Source of the DNA: Sphagnum compactum
Taxonomy: Eukaryota
Reading direction: 5' to 3'
Length of the DNA: 64,000 nucleotides
Assembly (NCBI GenBank): GCA_965153455.1
Contig: OZ234494.1
Span: forward strand, 6,944,001 to 7,008,000
Shown here: positions 24,962 to 38,387 of the stretch, piece after piece
How positions within the stretch are numbered: position 1 is the stretch's first letter
Layout: each line of letters starts with the position of its first letter
Translations under genes and position numbers: made by a program
Notes under the pieces: model-generated
What the model was told of the DNA's origin: nothing
The model's database searches: none
Seen by the model: only the letters and a program-made list of their open reading frames with translations

Positions 24962-25552
24962 TTGACAGATAGAATTATGAGGTGATTGTGAGCACAACTA
25001 GTTGAAAAAACACAATGAAAAGTTGTTGCTATCATATAATTTTTGATCGACACAGTGTAATGAAAAGATGTTTTAAATATGTCACAAAGACAAATATAAC
25101 CATCTAGAGCTGTGCTCCCATATTGGAGCTTATCGTATGAGAAGGTTGGGTCAATCTTTGACAGATAGAATTATGAGGTGATTGTGAGCACAACTAGTTG
25201 AAAAAACACAATGAAAAGTTGTTGCTATCATACAATTTGTGATCGACACAGTGTAATGAAAAGATGTTTTAAATATGTCACAAAGACAAATATAACCATC
25301 CAGAGTTGTGCTCCCATATTGGAGCTTATCGTATGAAAGGGTTGGGTCAATCTTTGACAGATAGAATTATGAGGTGATTGTGAGCACAACTAGTTGAAAA
25401 AACACAATGAAAAGCTGTTGCTATCATACAATTTGTGATCGACACAATGTAATGAAAAGATGTTTTAAATATGTCACAAAGACAAATATAACAACCATCC
25501 AGAGCTGTGCTCCCATACTGGAGCTTGTCGTATGAGAGGGTTGGGTCAATCT
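24962..25552. repeat. Tandem repeat, 3 x 196 bp, high identity
   Basis: The unit start ttgacagatagaattatgaggtgattgtgagcac occurs at 24962, 25158 and 25354. Confidence 0.95.
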
Positions 25553-25577
25553 TCAACCCTGCACATCTACAAATATG

Positions 25578-25630
25578 ATGATGTTTGGTAACCCTCATGA
25601 TGATGTTAGTTGAGGGTTACCAAACATCAT
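25578..25630. repeat. Perfect 20-bp inverted repeat with a 13-nt loop
   Basis: atgatgtttggtaaccctca (25578-25597) / tgagggttaccaaacatcat (25611-25630). Confidence 0.95.
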
Positions 25631-25876
25631 TTTTAAAACTCACTATCCCACTCTTTAGTAGCACAAAATATATTTGTGAACCTTTGTTTTAAAATGTGAC
25701 TATAATTGGGGAAATCTAAAGCAAATATTAGGGTTCTTTGGTAACCATCCTTTTCAGTAAGAAACATCATTTTTTAAACTCACTATCTCACTTGTTAGTA
25801 GCACAAAATATTTGTAAACCTTTGTTTTAAAATGTGACTATAATTGGGGAAATCTAAAGGAAATATTAGTGTTCTG
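25622..25876. repeat. Direct duplication of ~115 bp at ~140-bp spacing
   Basis: aaacatcattttt(a/t)aaactcactat...tagtagcacaaaata...aaaatgtgactataattggggaaatctaaag occurs twice. Confidence 0.9.
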
Positions 25877-28800
25877 TAAATCGTAATTCCCTTTGGCATG
25901 TTAGTGTTATTTGTGTTCAAGTTGTGCAAACTAACAACAATGAATCTAATTGTAAGGAAAAGTAAAAACAATTTCTAATGTAAACAAGCAAAAGATATGT
26001 GAACTTGCCAAAAAAGTAGGAAATCTTAATTTTTAAAAATCTAGTTGACAAGTTACGCAAGCTAATAGTTATGGAGTTCAAACTTAATGTAAATTGTCAC
26101 ATTAAAACATGCGGAAATCATAACCTTCTTCGAATCTAATAATGCATAGTAGAGATTATAATAACCCATGTAGGAAATTTAAATAATTGGCACCTTTATT
26201 CTAGCATAAAAGGTTGTTTTGTAATTCTTTTTTTTTGGCCTATAGCCACAATCTTGTAAGGGTTTATATGAAATGTTTCTATACCTCTTCAAATCACAAT
26301 TTGTTAGTGTCACAAAAAAGGTGGTCATTAAGGGTGTCATTATAATGGGGGTTTCCTGTAGTGTACCAACAATAGTTACTTAGTGAAATATTTTTATCCA
26401 ACTCCTTATTTTCCTCGTCAAATGCAACAATAAGGCAAAAGGAAATGGAGAAATGAATATTTGATTGATTTGAATTGCTAAGGGGTGGTTTACACACGAG
26501 TGGTTTCATGGTGATGTGCTTTTTAGATGAGACCGTGCTAAAGCCCCCAAGGCTTTGTTCCTAGTGTAAATGGACCACAAGAAACCTCATAATTTGATGC
26601 TTCACCGAACTACACAAACAACCATGAACATGAACCTAGAGCTAGTAGGGAAGTTATCTATACTTAAAGTCATTTCACACTTGTTGATAAACTATCACAA
26701 AATGACCAAAAATGGTAGGCAATTGATTAGAAAGATGGTTTATTAATTCATTTCAAAAGTTGTTAATTTATTTGTTATTTTAATTTTAAAATAGTTCATT
26801 GTCTCTATTCACATATGTCACACTCATTTAGGTTGGTAACTTACTAACTATGAATCAGGCTATTAAAATTCACAATGACATAAAAAATGATATGATCTCA
26901 CCATATGCCTTAAGGAGACAAATGCACAAAAGAGGAGGAAAGATCTCAACAATTATAACGATGACAAACATATTAAAGCCAAGGGATTCATCATCGAGGT
27001 AGTGGTTCACAAGGTCAAGTCTCATGGGAAGTGATAGGCTTGACAACAAGCATGGAATTTTTTGGAATTATAGTTACTAATGCTAAACTATAAGAAGTTC
27101 ATATCGACCTGCATGCATTTAATGCATGTTATAATGGAACACACGTATATTAAAAGGATTTATGACATCATGTATTACCTTCATGATCTTTGGTAACATG
27201 TCATGGTACAAGTTCATAAAGCTATGTTAGCATATGGTGATGCTTATTGCGATCAACAAGGGTTTGCGACTGTTGGCAACAATTCCTAGCAAGTTTTGCA
27301 TTTTAATGATACTTTGAAATGTGTATACACAAAATTGTGAGGGTTGGAAAGATCTTTCAATGCACAAAAACTTTCCAACCATTACTTTGTTTTAATCGTT
27401 TTTTTATTATGATGAAGCTTGACTTCAAAACAATGGTGCACATAGGGTGGACAATGTGAAGTTCAAACATGTGACAATGAGTTCATATGACATGAAATTT
27501 GCACACACAAAAGAAGGTTTGGGACAAAAAAGACACAAAAGAAAAATAAAATGGCAATTGATTAGTCTACCACCTTAGGTACAAGATTGATAGTTTTCCA
27601 AATGTGATACATGTGAGAATGTACATAATTTAAAGATTTTATTGAAACTTTAATAGTTTACCATTTTCATTATCATTTGGTGATAGTGTCATTAATGACT
27701 TGCCATGTCACTATGCCACATGTGTTACTTGCAAAAAAATGACTTATATTTGAACAAAGGTTGCAAATTGTTTAGTTATCACTTGCATTACAAACAAGTG
27801 TGAATTAACCTTTAATAACCAATAAATGAACATATTTAAACACCTTTGGTAATAGGGAAGATAACAAAGACTTATGGCTATGATTGAATGGACTTCCCAA
27901 AGGTGATTTATAAATCTTAAATGTTTAATTTCACAATGATGTATAAGTTCATTGTTAGGTATGGGACAATATTGCCGGTCACCTATCATATGACTGCATG
28001 TGGGTTATTGGAAGAGATTTCGATATGGTTTGAAGCTCAAATGGACAACTTAAACAATTGCAAGACATTGATAAATGAGGTTGAGAAGTAACATTGGTTC
28101 CAACTTAAACAAGGCCTACAAGTTGAGGACTAATTCTTTGAGATGGACTCAAGTTTTCATGGGAGAATCTACAATTAAGCATTTATAGGATTTTAACATG
28201 CTTGGATAAGTTTTACATTGAAAGTGTCAAAATGACTTCATATATGTTTTGGAAAGATGATGTGTCATTAAACCACTTACTACTACCTATCTAGTTTTTA
28301 AAGTGATAGCCAATTGAATATCATCATAGAAAATGAATGATCGTTAGATCAATGAAGTTGATTTGAGAATATTTGACATATTTAAAGTAGCCTTCCAACT
28401 TTTATGGGTTTCTTCTCTAAACTTAAATGAATGATTAGGTTTTACAAAAAACAAATTATAAACAATGCACAACAAAATTTCGTTGCTAGGAGGTTGAAAT
28501 TAAAATTATTATAAAATTAATTCAACTTTAAACCACTTGACTTCAAATATCAAGAGACAATCAACAAATTGAGGGGCATGGTTCAATAATTAGAGGTCAT
28601 CAAAATTGAAGATAATTTGGTAAGAACATGTGCTTTGTATGATGAAAAGTTGTAGTAGATCAATGTTCTAAAAAGTTATTTCAAGTTTTTGAGAGAAAAA
28701 TTCAAATTTCCTTTTTAAGTAATTTACACACCCAAGCATCCTTAATAACATCCTTGTTTTACACGAGACACTTGAGTGGGCTAGGCAATCCAAACAAGAT

Positions 28801-30114
28801 TTTGTCTTCTTAAAGTTGGATTTTTCTAAAGCATATGACTACATTCTCCTACCCTTCCATTTTGGTTGTTTAAAAGGTTGGTATTTTTTAATGATTTTAT
28901 GCTTTCATCGAACTTCTTTTTTTCAATGCTCAAGTTTTGGTTTGTGTCAATGATAGCTTTACCTCTCCTTCCCATATTCAAAGGGGAGTTAAACAAAGTT
29001 GTACCTTGGCACCTGATCTATTCCTCATAGGAAAGGAAACCTTGAACCATTCCATCAAGAAAAAATAAAATATGGATTGATATAAAACATTCTCCTCCCA
29101 AATAAAAAATCTAATAAAATCATTTCACAATTGCCAATCATACTTCATTTATTTCAAAATGTGATAAACAATCCATTGTGTTTCTAGTTGAAACCTTAAA
29201 ATTAATTTTTGGTGATGTTTGAAGATTTATTATCAATTGACAAAAATGTAACTTATTAATATGGAAAAGGTAACTCCAAATGATAATGGCTTAAGGAGTT
29301 CCAATGGCAATAGGCTAAAGACAAAAAAGTGTCAAAACTAATATTTCAAATATAATTTGATTTAAATATTGAATTCTTTGATGGTCTCACAACAAATGAG
29401 GGGCATGATTTCATACAACAACCATCACCATGCTAACCTAGCATACGACGAATTTCATGCTTTGATTTCCTAATCACCAAATTTGTTACAACACCTTCAT
29501 ACCTCATGCAATTTTCACAACACCCTCACTATTTTAACTTACTCTTAGTGTGTACATATAACATTCATAACCTTTTGTTTCACTCAAACTTAATCAATGT
29601 GTATGTGAGTTTGAAAACATGTAGTGAACCAAAAAAAATTATTGACCACACATATACCTAGATACCTCTAATTTCAGAACCAAGAAAATAGATGCATACC
29701 ATTTACAATGAAATAAAATTTGCCATTTTACTTCTAAGATTTTTCATGCCCAAAGTTAGTTCTATACATGTTTTTTCAACCTCTGAAACTTCTTTGATAA
29801 ATTGTAACATCTTTACCAAGCTTCACACGTGGTTGCTAATCATTTTCAAAATCCAATCCACCTTAAAAAAAGTCCTAACAATCCTTTCTAAATGCGTTTG
29901 TTTCCTCCTTAATTGTCTAGCTTCTGTGGTAAACTTCACATTTTTCCAAATCGAACAATAAGTAGCCATGCAAATATGGGTTTCATTTAATACATGTCTT
30001 AAAAACCTTCATCACTAATAGGAAAACTTTCATTTAACTATTTATGCAATTTTAATTGAAAAGTGTTCCATTAACATATTAAATGGTGATCAATTTAGTT
30101 TTTTGAAAAGATCT

Positions 30115-32230
30115 TGATGTGTTCATGAAATTATTTATGGATGATTTCAATGTATTTAGTCACTTAAAACCACATATGAACAAATTGCAATTATGTTTTA
30201 ACAAATGCCAAGAATTCATTATTAACTTTAACCCTAAAAAATGCATCTTATGGTGTATTCAAAGGTGATTTTAAACGCATTGTATCCAAAGAGGGCAAGT
30301 TACTAGACCTTAAGAAGATTTTTGTAATTGTCAACATGCCACCTTCAAAAACTCTTAATGATATTCAAGTTTTCAATAATATGGCTTAATTTTATTATTG
30401 TTTTATTTAAGATTTTGCCTTCATCATGGCCCTAATCACTAAACTATTGACAAAGATTGAGATATTCAATCAGACTTTAAAATGTGAAGTGGCATGGGAA
30501 ACAATAAAAAATAGATACATGGATGCCCCAATCTTTATTGCTCCAAGGTGGAATATGGAATTTCATGTACACATAGATGCTTCCAATTTGGTAGTAGGAG
30601 TTATGCTTGTTCAAAACCCTATTGAAAATGTGATCAACTAATTGCTCATACATTTTTTATTTTAAACAATGCAAAGAAAAACTACGCTACTACAAGAAGG
30701 GAGGCATTAATTATGGTTTATGCCTTGCATAAATTCAAACACTACTTGTTAGGCAACAAATTTGTCTTTTATTTAGACCACATGGCATTCCTATATTTGA
30801 TCAAGAAACCATAGGTTTGTGAAAAGATAGCTAGATCATTACTCCTTTTTATAGAGTTTGATTTTTCGGTAATGTACAAACTAGGATGGCTTCATTCAAT
30901 TGTAGATGCCTTATCAAGGTTGTTAGATGTTACCAAAACCATGAAAGTTCCAAATCAAATCACATATGCTTTTTTCTTAAACTACTACCTATTTGACTTT
31001 ATAAAAAAAATTAAAAATTTACCACTAATTTTTTTTTTAATGTCATTTGCAAAAGAACAAAAGAAAAATTGGCTCCAAAGCCATGTCTTTCACATTGCTT
31101 GAAAGCCGATTGTATAAATAAGGCATGATCAAATGTTCAAAAGACATTTGCATCAAGACCAAATCCCCATGGTTTTATAGGAAATGCACCAAGGTGTGGG
31201 AAGAGGACATTTTTTTGGTAAACATCACAATCAAGAAAATCTTGGATGTTAATTTTACACTAATGTGTTATAGTACTATTAGTCTTGTGATGACTACCAA
31301 TGTAACAAAATTTTGGTAATTACAAACATTGCCAACTTGATGACCACTTTGCCATAAGATCATTTCATGAAATGGGGGTTGGATTTTATTGGCCCTATTA
31401 ACCCTATTGGTTAGTATATAAAAGATATGTACACTTTGGTACCTACCGATTATGTTACCAAATGGGTGGAAGTTAAAGCATTAAAGACCAATACAATTGT
31501 AATCACAATCAAGTTCATTTATGAATTCATCCTTACCAAATTTGGATGCCCACTCACATTTGCGAATGATTAAGGTCTACATTTCATCAATGTAGCAATT
31601 GAGATTTTACCAACTAGTTCTTTATGAAGCACACAAGTTTTACAACTTACTATGTTCAAGGAAACAACTAGGCATAATCAACAAAAAAGGGGATTGGATT
31701 ATTGTTGACCAAGTTGGTCAATGAAAAAAGGATAGATTAAGATGGACAATTCCGTACCGTTTTTAAAGCTTACATGACATCATTCGAAGTTACAACTAGC
31801 CATACTGGATTTGAATTGGTCTATGGACTTCACCTATGATGCCTACAAATTATTTGCTACCCACCACAAATTCCCAAGCCTCCAAGGATTTTTTTTAGTG
31901 AAAGTGTTGATCAATGAAATGTCAAACTTGGAAAAGTTGGATGAATCTAGGCAAGAAGCAATTGAGATAATAAAAAAACAACAATGGAATCATGTTCTTT
32001 GAGCACATCAACATTACAAGAATAAATCCTAAATGTAATCTATGGGGATTACATCTTGTGACTTCCCATGGGTAGAAAAACCCACCTAAGAAAATTCAAA
32101 AAACGATGGTTTGGATCTTACCAAATTCAATATTGTTTACTCACAATATTGTTTTATTGGTCACAATGGACAAGTTTGATCTGAACCCCATTATAGCCAA
32201 CATCAACAAGTTGAAACCCTATAAATTTTT
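30115..32230 (+). mobile_element. Decayed Ty3/Gypsy pol fragment (RT end, RNase H, integrase), non-chromovirus type
   Basis: FMKLFMDDFNVFS (RT xxDD), EFHVHIDASNLVVGVML (RNase H), and FMKWGLDFIGPI, TDYVTKWVEVKAL, FILTKFGCPL (integrase). Many stops and frameshifts; no LTRs recognised. Confidence 0.88.
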
Positions 32231-33582
32231 GGATTCAAACCCAAAGGATTAGAAGCTCAAATACAAGGGGGAAGAGATGGGTTATTGGAACTCCGCACGA
32301 AAGAAATTATAACTTGGCATTATAGGAAAATTCTAAAGACAGAAAATCTGAAGTTGACAATTCCACAAAAGCCCCAACATAACTCGAAAAACATACCAAT
32401 TCTATAGAACCAAAATGTGCTATCAATTTTGCAGCACTGGAACAACAACAGCAGGCAAAAGCTGAGAGAATAACTAAAGCAAGAAAGAGAAAGTTGTAGT
32501 GAGCTTCATTGGAAATGGGAAATTGGTTTTCACCAAAATGGATAAGCTCCAAAGGTGGGTAGCAGCTAGAAAGGATGTGAAATGGGCCAAGCAGATTGGC
32601 GTTTTCAGTTCCACTAGTGTGTATTTGGCACCTAAACACCCACTAGTGAAAGAATTTTTGTAATCTATAGTACAGTTCAATCCCAAGTTGATAGAATTGG
32701 TAGTGCATAGTGTTCTGGCATTCATTAGCATAAACATGATTGGGGAGATGATGTGTTTGCTATAGGCAAGTCTCAACAAGTCACCTACATGAAGCAAGTG
32801 GATGTAGCAAAGATGTGCAACGCCATGGTGCCCATGGATGACCCATTTTCTGAAATCATTGTCATGAACATCATTGTAATCTGCAAGCTCATAAACATGT
32901 CAAGCTGCTACTGTACAATCCCAGTTTGATTCCACATCTTGCTTAGTGGTGAAGATCAGCCTCTCATATTTTCCCTTCAGGCAACCATGCAGTGGTTCAC
33001 AGTCTGTTTCCTGGTTTCTGTTCATGATTCAACACTTCCAGTGATCCTGTCGAGTAAGCAGTACCAGAACAAGATGAATAAAATGTAAGCATTTTGTTGC
33101 CACACATGCTTATTATACCTCTGAATTTTGCTCCACAAAAAAGATTTGCCTTCTTTCCTGTGTTTCACCACTTTTCCCAATTTGCTACAACTACCCTGGA
33201 AAGGCTTCAGCTAACCTTTCATTCATAGTCTTCCCTCCTGGCCATTTTCCTTACTGTTTCTCACAGCCTTCACTGTTGTTGATTCCACCCCTGGCACGCT
33301 AAAACTTGCATTCAGTTCCCTTCTGAATTTGGCTTCCAGATCTTCAACACTACTCTTCTGTGTCTCCCTTGTAGCTACCATTTCACCACTCAGAGTTTTA
33401 ACACTGTCATTTGCTTTTCATTCGTCCTCAGATTGCACTAGGAAGCTCCTGTGCCATACGCTTGGACTTGAAGACCCCCAAGATGGACTTCAAGCCCACC
33501 TCATCAGCCTCCGGGTCATCGTCATTTGTAACATAATTCCATTTCCTATCCTACTTTTCAAGCCCAGGCCAGTATTCACACC

Positions 33583-35747
33583 TTAGTTTTCAGGAGGAGC
33601 ACCAGGAGTTTTCACAGTGTCCTTTGCTGGTGACTTCAGTCTGAACCTCTTTGCTCTAGGAAGCTCTTCACTGTCAATATCATTGATATTGTACATAGCA
33701 CTTCTATGGTTGCACAATAACCTTCTCAGTCCTGAAAACTGAGATGGAAGTCTAGCTTTAAAAGACATGGTTCCATCAGGAGAAAGAGTTGAATCTTCCA
33801 GGTCCTCCTTTTCTTGATCCTTGTCTTGGCCCTCATCATCTTTCCTCTTGTGGTTTTGTGGATGGCTCCTGTTCCCATATATCTCTGCTGCTTTTCGCCT
33901 CGCTTCTTTGTCAGCTGCTTCCCTTTGCTTCATTTTCATTCTTTCAAGAGCCTCTTGAGCTTTAAGCTTCACCTGTCGTTGTTTCTGTTGTTGCAGAAGC
34001 TCCCTTTTCTCCATATCCTTCTCTTTTTCCTTTCTCTGTGCTTCCTTCTCTGCCTCTACTCTCCTCCTCTTTACTTTTAGAAAAGTTTCCTCAACCACAC
34101 TTGCAGGCCCTGCCACCTTGCTTGACAGTACAGTACCCAAAGGGGTTGCAGAACTACTATGACCTGGTTGAAGCCTACCATCTGCAAATCCATTACCTTT
34201 TGCCAAATTTCCTTTTGTCTTCACAGAGCAATTATGATCTTGTTGTTTTCTGGGAGGAGGGACAGGAGCTGCCTGACCTTTGGCACTGAAGTCATGCAAG
34301 GTGGTGGATTGCTGCCGGGATGAGTTGTTTGTCCTTTGTGGCACAGTTTGCATCTCCTTTGCTTCAAAAGTCTTTTTGCATCTCTGGCACTGAAGCTGGA
34401 GGTTCAAGTAAAATTGCAAATACTCATATTGAGTACAGCAGTCTGGACATGCAGTCCAAAAGGTGAGCGCCTCTTGAGCTTTAAGCTTTACTTGTCTTTG
34501 TTTTTCTTGTTGCAGAAGCTCCCTTTTCCCTGTCTCCTTCTCCTTTTCCTTCCTCTGTGCTTCCTTCTCTGCTGCTACTCTCCTCCTCTTTACTTTCAGA
34601 AAAGTTTCCTCAATCACATTCACAGCCCCTGCCACTTTGCTTGTTGGTACAGTACCTGAAGGGGTTGCAGAACTACTATGACCTGGTTGAAGCCCATCAT
34701 CCACAAATCCATTGCCTTTTGCCAAATTTCCTTTTGTATTCACTGAGGTATTATGGTCTTGTTGTTGACTGTGAGGAGGGACAGGAGCTGCCAGACCTTT
34801 GCCACTGAAGTCATGCAAGGTGGTGGATTGCTGCTGGGATGAGTTGTTTCTCCTTTGTGGCACCATTCGCATCTCCTTTCCTTCAAAAGTCTTGTTGCAT
34901 TTCTGGCACCGAAGTTGGAGGTTCAAGTAAATTCGCAAGTACTGATATTGCATACGGCAGTCTGGACATGCAGTCCAAAAGGTGAGAGAAGGATGAGGAG
35001 GAGGAGGAGGAGGCACCCCTCTAGTTGTTGCCCGTGTTCCACCTGTCTGTGCCTCAGAAGTCTGCACACCTTGTGCTTTTGCCTGTGATACATGAGTGTG
35101 TGCCTGTGAAACCTTTGCCTTGAGTCCTTGTTGCTTGTCATGGGCTGCCCTCTTTTCCTTGTTTGAGAGGACCCCAAAAGCCTCACTAACAAGTTTGAAT
35201 GCAGCTTCTGCCCCCATGGCCTTGTTCTTATCAGGGTGAAGAAGTAGAGCAAGCTTTCGATATTGTTGCTTGATTGTGCTCTCTGCAGCAATGGGTTCCA
35301 CCTGTGGACATTCCTCCAAGCTCCATGATGGATTAAGGGTTTCACTGAAATTTGTGTTGAACATCTGCACTACTACTAATGCAAGGTCCTGGCAGAGAGA
35401 TTTTTGTGTATTGAAGTCTGGAAACACAGTGTTAAACTGACCCACCACCCTGGAAATTCTTTCAGGCTGTAAACACAAACTCATACATACAGCTGAAGGA
35501 AGAAAGGAGAAGAAAGCCAACCAACCTGAAGAATGCCATACCAATCCATTTCATTATTGCTGGACAACTTGTTCTGTGCAACATGGTGGACATCCAGCAC
35601 TGCCAGCATTTGAGAGATTCCATCCAAGTCTGGGAACAGTTGATGTGCCTTGAGCACAAACTTCTTGGCGCCAGCAAAATCGTGCACTGCATACTTTCTT
35701 TCTGCAATTTCCCTCGACCTGATGGCCTCATCCCTGTTACACTCCAT
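33583..35747 (-). CDS. Plant J-domain (DnaJ) protein with a duplicated Zn-ribbon module (N-terminal type of the DnaJ/DUF3444 family); exons 35747-35526, 35301-33583
   Basis: MECNRDEAIRSREIAE...DWYGILQ|VEPIAAESTIKQQYRKLALLLHPDKNK...AFKLVSEAF gives a J-domain with the HPD motif. TFWTACPDC...YLNLQLxCQxC occurs twice. Confidence 0.88.
33949..34986 (-). repeat. In-frame tandem duplication, 2 x 519 bp (173 codons), within the DnaJ gene
   Basis: Anchor gcagtccaaaaggtgag at 34451 and 34970; anchor cctcttgagc at 33951 and 34470. Confidence 0.95.
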
Positions 35748-35809
35748 CCCTGTTAAATGGGTTCAGATCTTCCAGATGATCTTGCCCTGCAAGCCTGCTG
35801 ACGCATCGT

Positions 35810-36058
35810 CACCGTCATTTCTTCCTCATCTTCCTCTTCCTCAAAGCCCTTCTTGCTGCAGCAGCGATAATGTGTCGCATCACCAAATCCTAAACCCTAA
35901 CAAAAGCAAACCCGTCTCTCAATAATTCCTTCTCACCGTCTTTTCTTCCTCCTGTGACTCATCCTCAAAGCCCTTCTTGCTGCAGCAGCAGCAGCAGCAG
36001 CAATGTGTCGCATCACCAAACCCTGAACCCTAGCAAAGGCGAACCCATCTCTCTCAAT
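35810..36058. repeat. Diverged ~125-bp tandem duplication in the DnaJ 5' region, each copy with a telo-box-like motif
   Basis: caccgtc...cctcaaagcccttcttgctgcagcagc...aatgtgtcgcatcaccaaa...aacccta...ctctcaat occurs twice. Confidence 0.85.
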
Positions 36059-37375
36059 GATGTCGGCTCAAACACACACAAACACGATTCCTCCCAACTT
36101 CGAGTGGCAATGTAGCTATCTAGTCTCCTTCACACCTGTCATTTGAAAAATGTCTTTCGAGTGATAACACTTTGATGTTGCAGTGGTGCGATAACACTAG
36201 CTGATTGATTGCAATGGAGGTTTTGTGTTTTGTTGCAAAAGCCATAGCTGGAGCAGCAGCTGTTAGATGAGGTTTGTGCTTAATAGGTACTCTTCTAGCT
36301 TCATCTTCTCCTTCCAACATACATTTCCTCCCCTGCAATGAGTATTATCTGGTATGGTGCTGTTGCACTGCAATAATATGTAACAAAGTATTGGGGTCTT
36401 CGACCAGGAGATAATAGCAGGCCTTTGTGTAGATAATGCAGCGGTAACAGCTACAGAAAGACCTATACTTTGAAGAAATGTATCACAAGATAAATTTCTT
36501 TTTGTAAGATCCATGTACAAAAGCATCAATGTTCCTGGGCTCTGAATCAGTTTATCTACTTGAAGTATCTCCAGTTACAGGATATACGGGTGCGGTTGTG
36601 ATTAAAGCCCAGCATTTTGCAGAGGGCTGCTGGAAAAAGTATAGATGTAAGCTCTGTTCATTTGACTTTGAACTGTAATTGTTATGCAATGCCAGACTAA
36701 AATACCATCCATAGATCGTGCAGAGATTCACTGTGAGAAGCCCACAGGAGAGGGATTATTGAAGCTGTTTTGAGCAAGTTCTTCTGTAGCTATTAAACCT
36801 AGTAAGATAGAACTTTCAAAAACCACCATCCAAGTATGTCCACAACATATACTTCAGGCATAGAGAACTGGGTAACAAAGGAAAAGGCAGTCCATGGCTT
36901 TTAAGAAAAAACAAAAGCCATGGCTACAAAAAGCCAGACAACCCACAATCCTGAACATGAAGCTGGACACTCTGAGCAGCAAGAGAGGGGGAGATGGAGA
37001 TGAGTCCCACACCACTGTGGTTTCTCAGATTTTAGACCATGAAAGCAGAGCTTATGAACCTCACTACTGAATGTTCGAAACAAGATTGAGAAGAAAACAC
37101 GGTCTCCACATAAATCTGAGCAATGTGATTGTGACTAATCAGAAACTTGCTTGCCAAAACTCTTACCAGCCACAAACTTTTGTCAAACCAGAAAACACAA
37201 TGGAACCAAAACTCTTGAATCTCCAAACTCATCAGCCAGGGTTAAAGATCTCAGAGTGAAAAGTTGCAACTACACTTAGATTTTCCCTGTGAACAATAAC
37301 ACAGGCAACAGGAAGGATTTTGTGTTCTAACTTTCCTTCACTTCAAATGGAAATTCCCAATCTGACAGGAAACAA

Positions 37376-38265
37376 TTAAGCCTTAACAGCAAACTTTCTC
37401 AAGGGGAAGTAAGCCTCTTTCTTCTTCTGCCGCTCTGTCTTGATGGACAACTGCACACAATCAGACCACCCCCCAAAAAACAAAAATCATTGAACAAAAT
37501 AGCCTGACTGCAACCAATTTAATGCTTAAGAAACACGAATATGTTCTTAAGGACTTTTAAGGACTGGAAACTGAACCTGATGCTTGGTGAGACGTCTGCG
37601 AATAGCCCGAGTCTTCTTGGGGCGCAAATCCAAAGGCATGTATTTTTTCTTGCTATAGGCTTCTCGCAAACTGGCCTTCTGCGTCTGACTGATGACAGTC
37701 AGAACTTGGGCGATGGACAACCTCACCACCTTGATCTTCGAGAGCTTGTTGGGAGCACCGCCTGTCACCTTAGCTACTCTCAAAAGAGCCAGCTCCGCTT
37801 TCAACTCCTTCAACTACATGATTGCAACAACACATCCAAAGCTCTGTTCATACTTCTTTGAGAACAACATTTTGCCGGATGACAGAAAGAACTTTCAATG
37901 CAATGCAATCCTTGCAGACCTACCTTGCTCAGACCACGGGCTCAGAAACAAACTACCTCGGAGTCAAAAAGAATACCTCACGTGGGCTCTCATCACAATC
38001 CGAAAGAGCATTACAGATCTTGCCATCCGAAGTGCACAAACTCAAAAGATAAACAACATCTCTAAGAAATTGCCGGGGAAAATACATAACAGACCTAACA
38101 AGACAAGAATGAATGAGCGATGAGTAGCACTCACAAAGCATCAGACCATCAACAAGGGCTGCACAAAACAAAAAAGTCGACAAGAAGTTTAGGGAAACCA
38201 CGCACCTGATTGAGGAGTTCGGTCTTGCTCTTGGACCGAAGCTCGTGGACCTTGAACTTAGCCAT
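37376..38265 (-). CDS. RPL35: 60S ribosomal protein L35 (uL29), 123 aa; exons 38265-38206, 37813-37577, 37450-37376
   Basis: [51 protein letters not shown]...[44 protein letters not shown]. Confidence 0.97.
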
Positions 38266-38387
38266 GATGAGGAGCTACTACAGAGCGAGCGTGCGATAGA
38301 AACAACACAACGCCGAGAGCCAGAAGACACGAGGAGAAAGAGAGAGAGAAAGAGAATGACGACGAGGAGTTCACTTTGCACTGCTGA

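Noticed and set aside
24962-25552. CRISPR-like array
   Set aside because: The units are contiguous 196-bp copies with no unique spacers, the context is eukaryotic, and there are no cas genes.
26000-30100. AT-rich region with traces of decayed coding sequence
   Set aside because: No diagnostic motif is recognisable by eye. Probably old TE debris, but I cannot assign a family.
33814-35345. Repeated short ORFs overlapping the DnaJ gene
   Set aside because: They are shadow frames of the 519-bp duplication.
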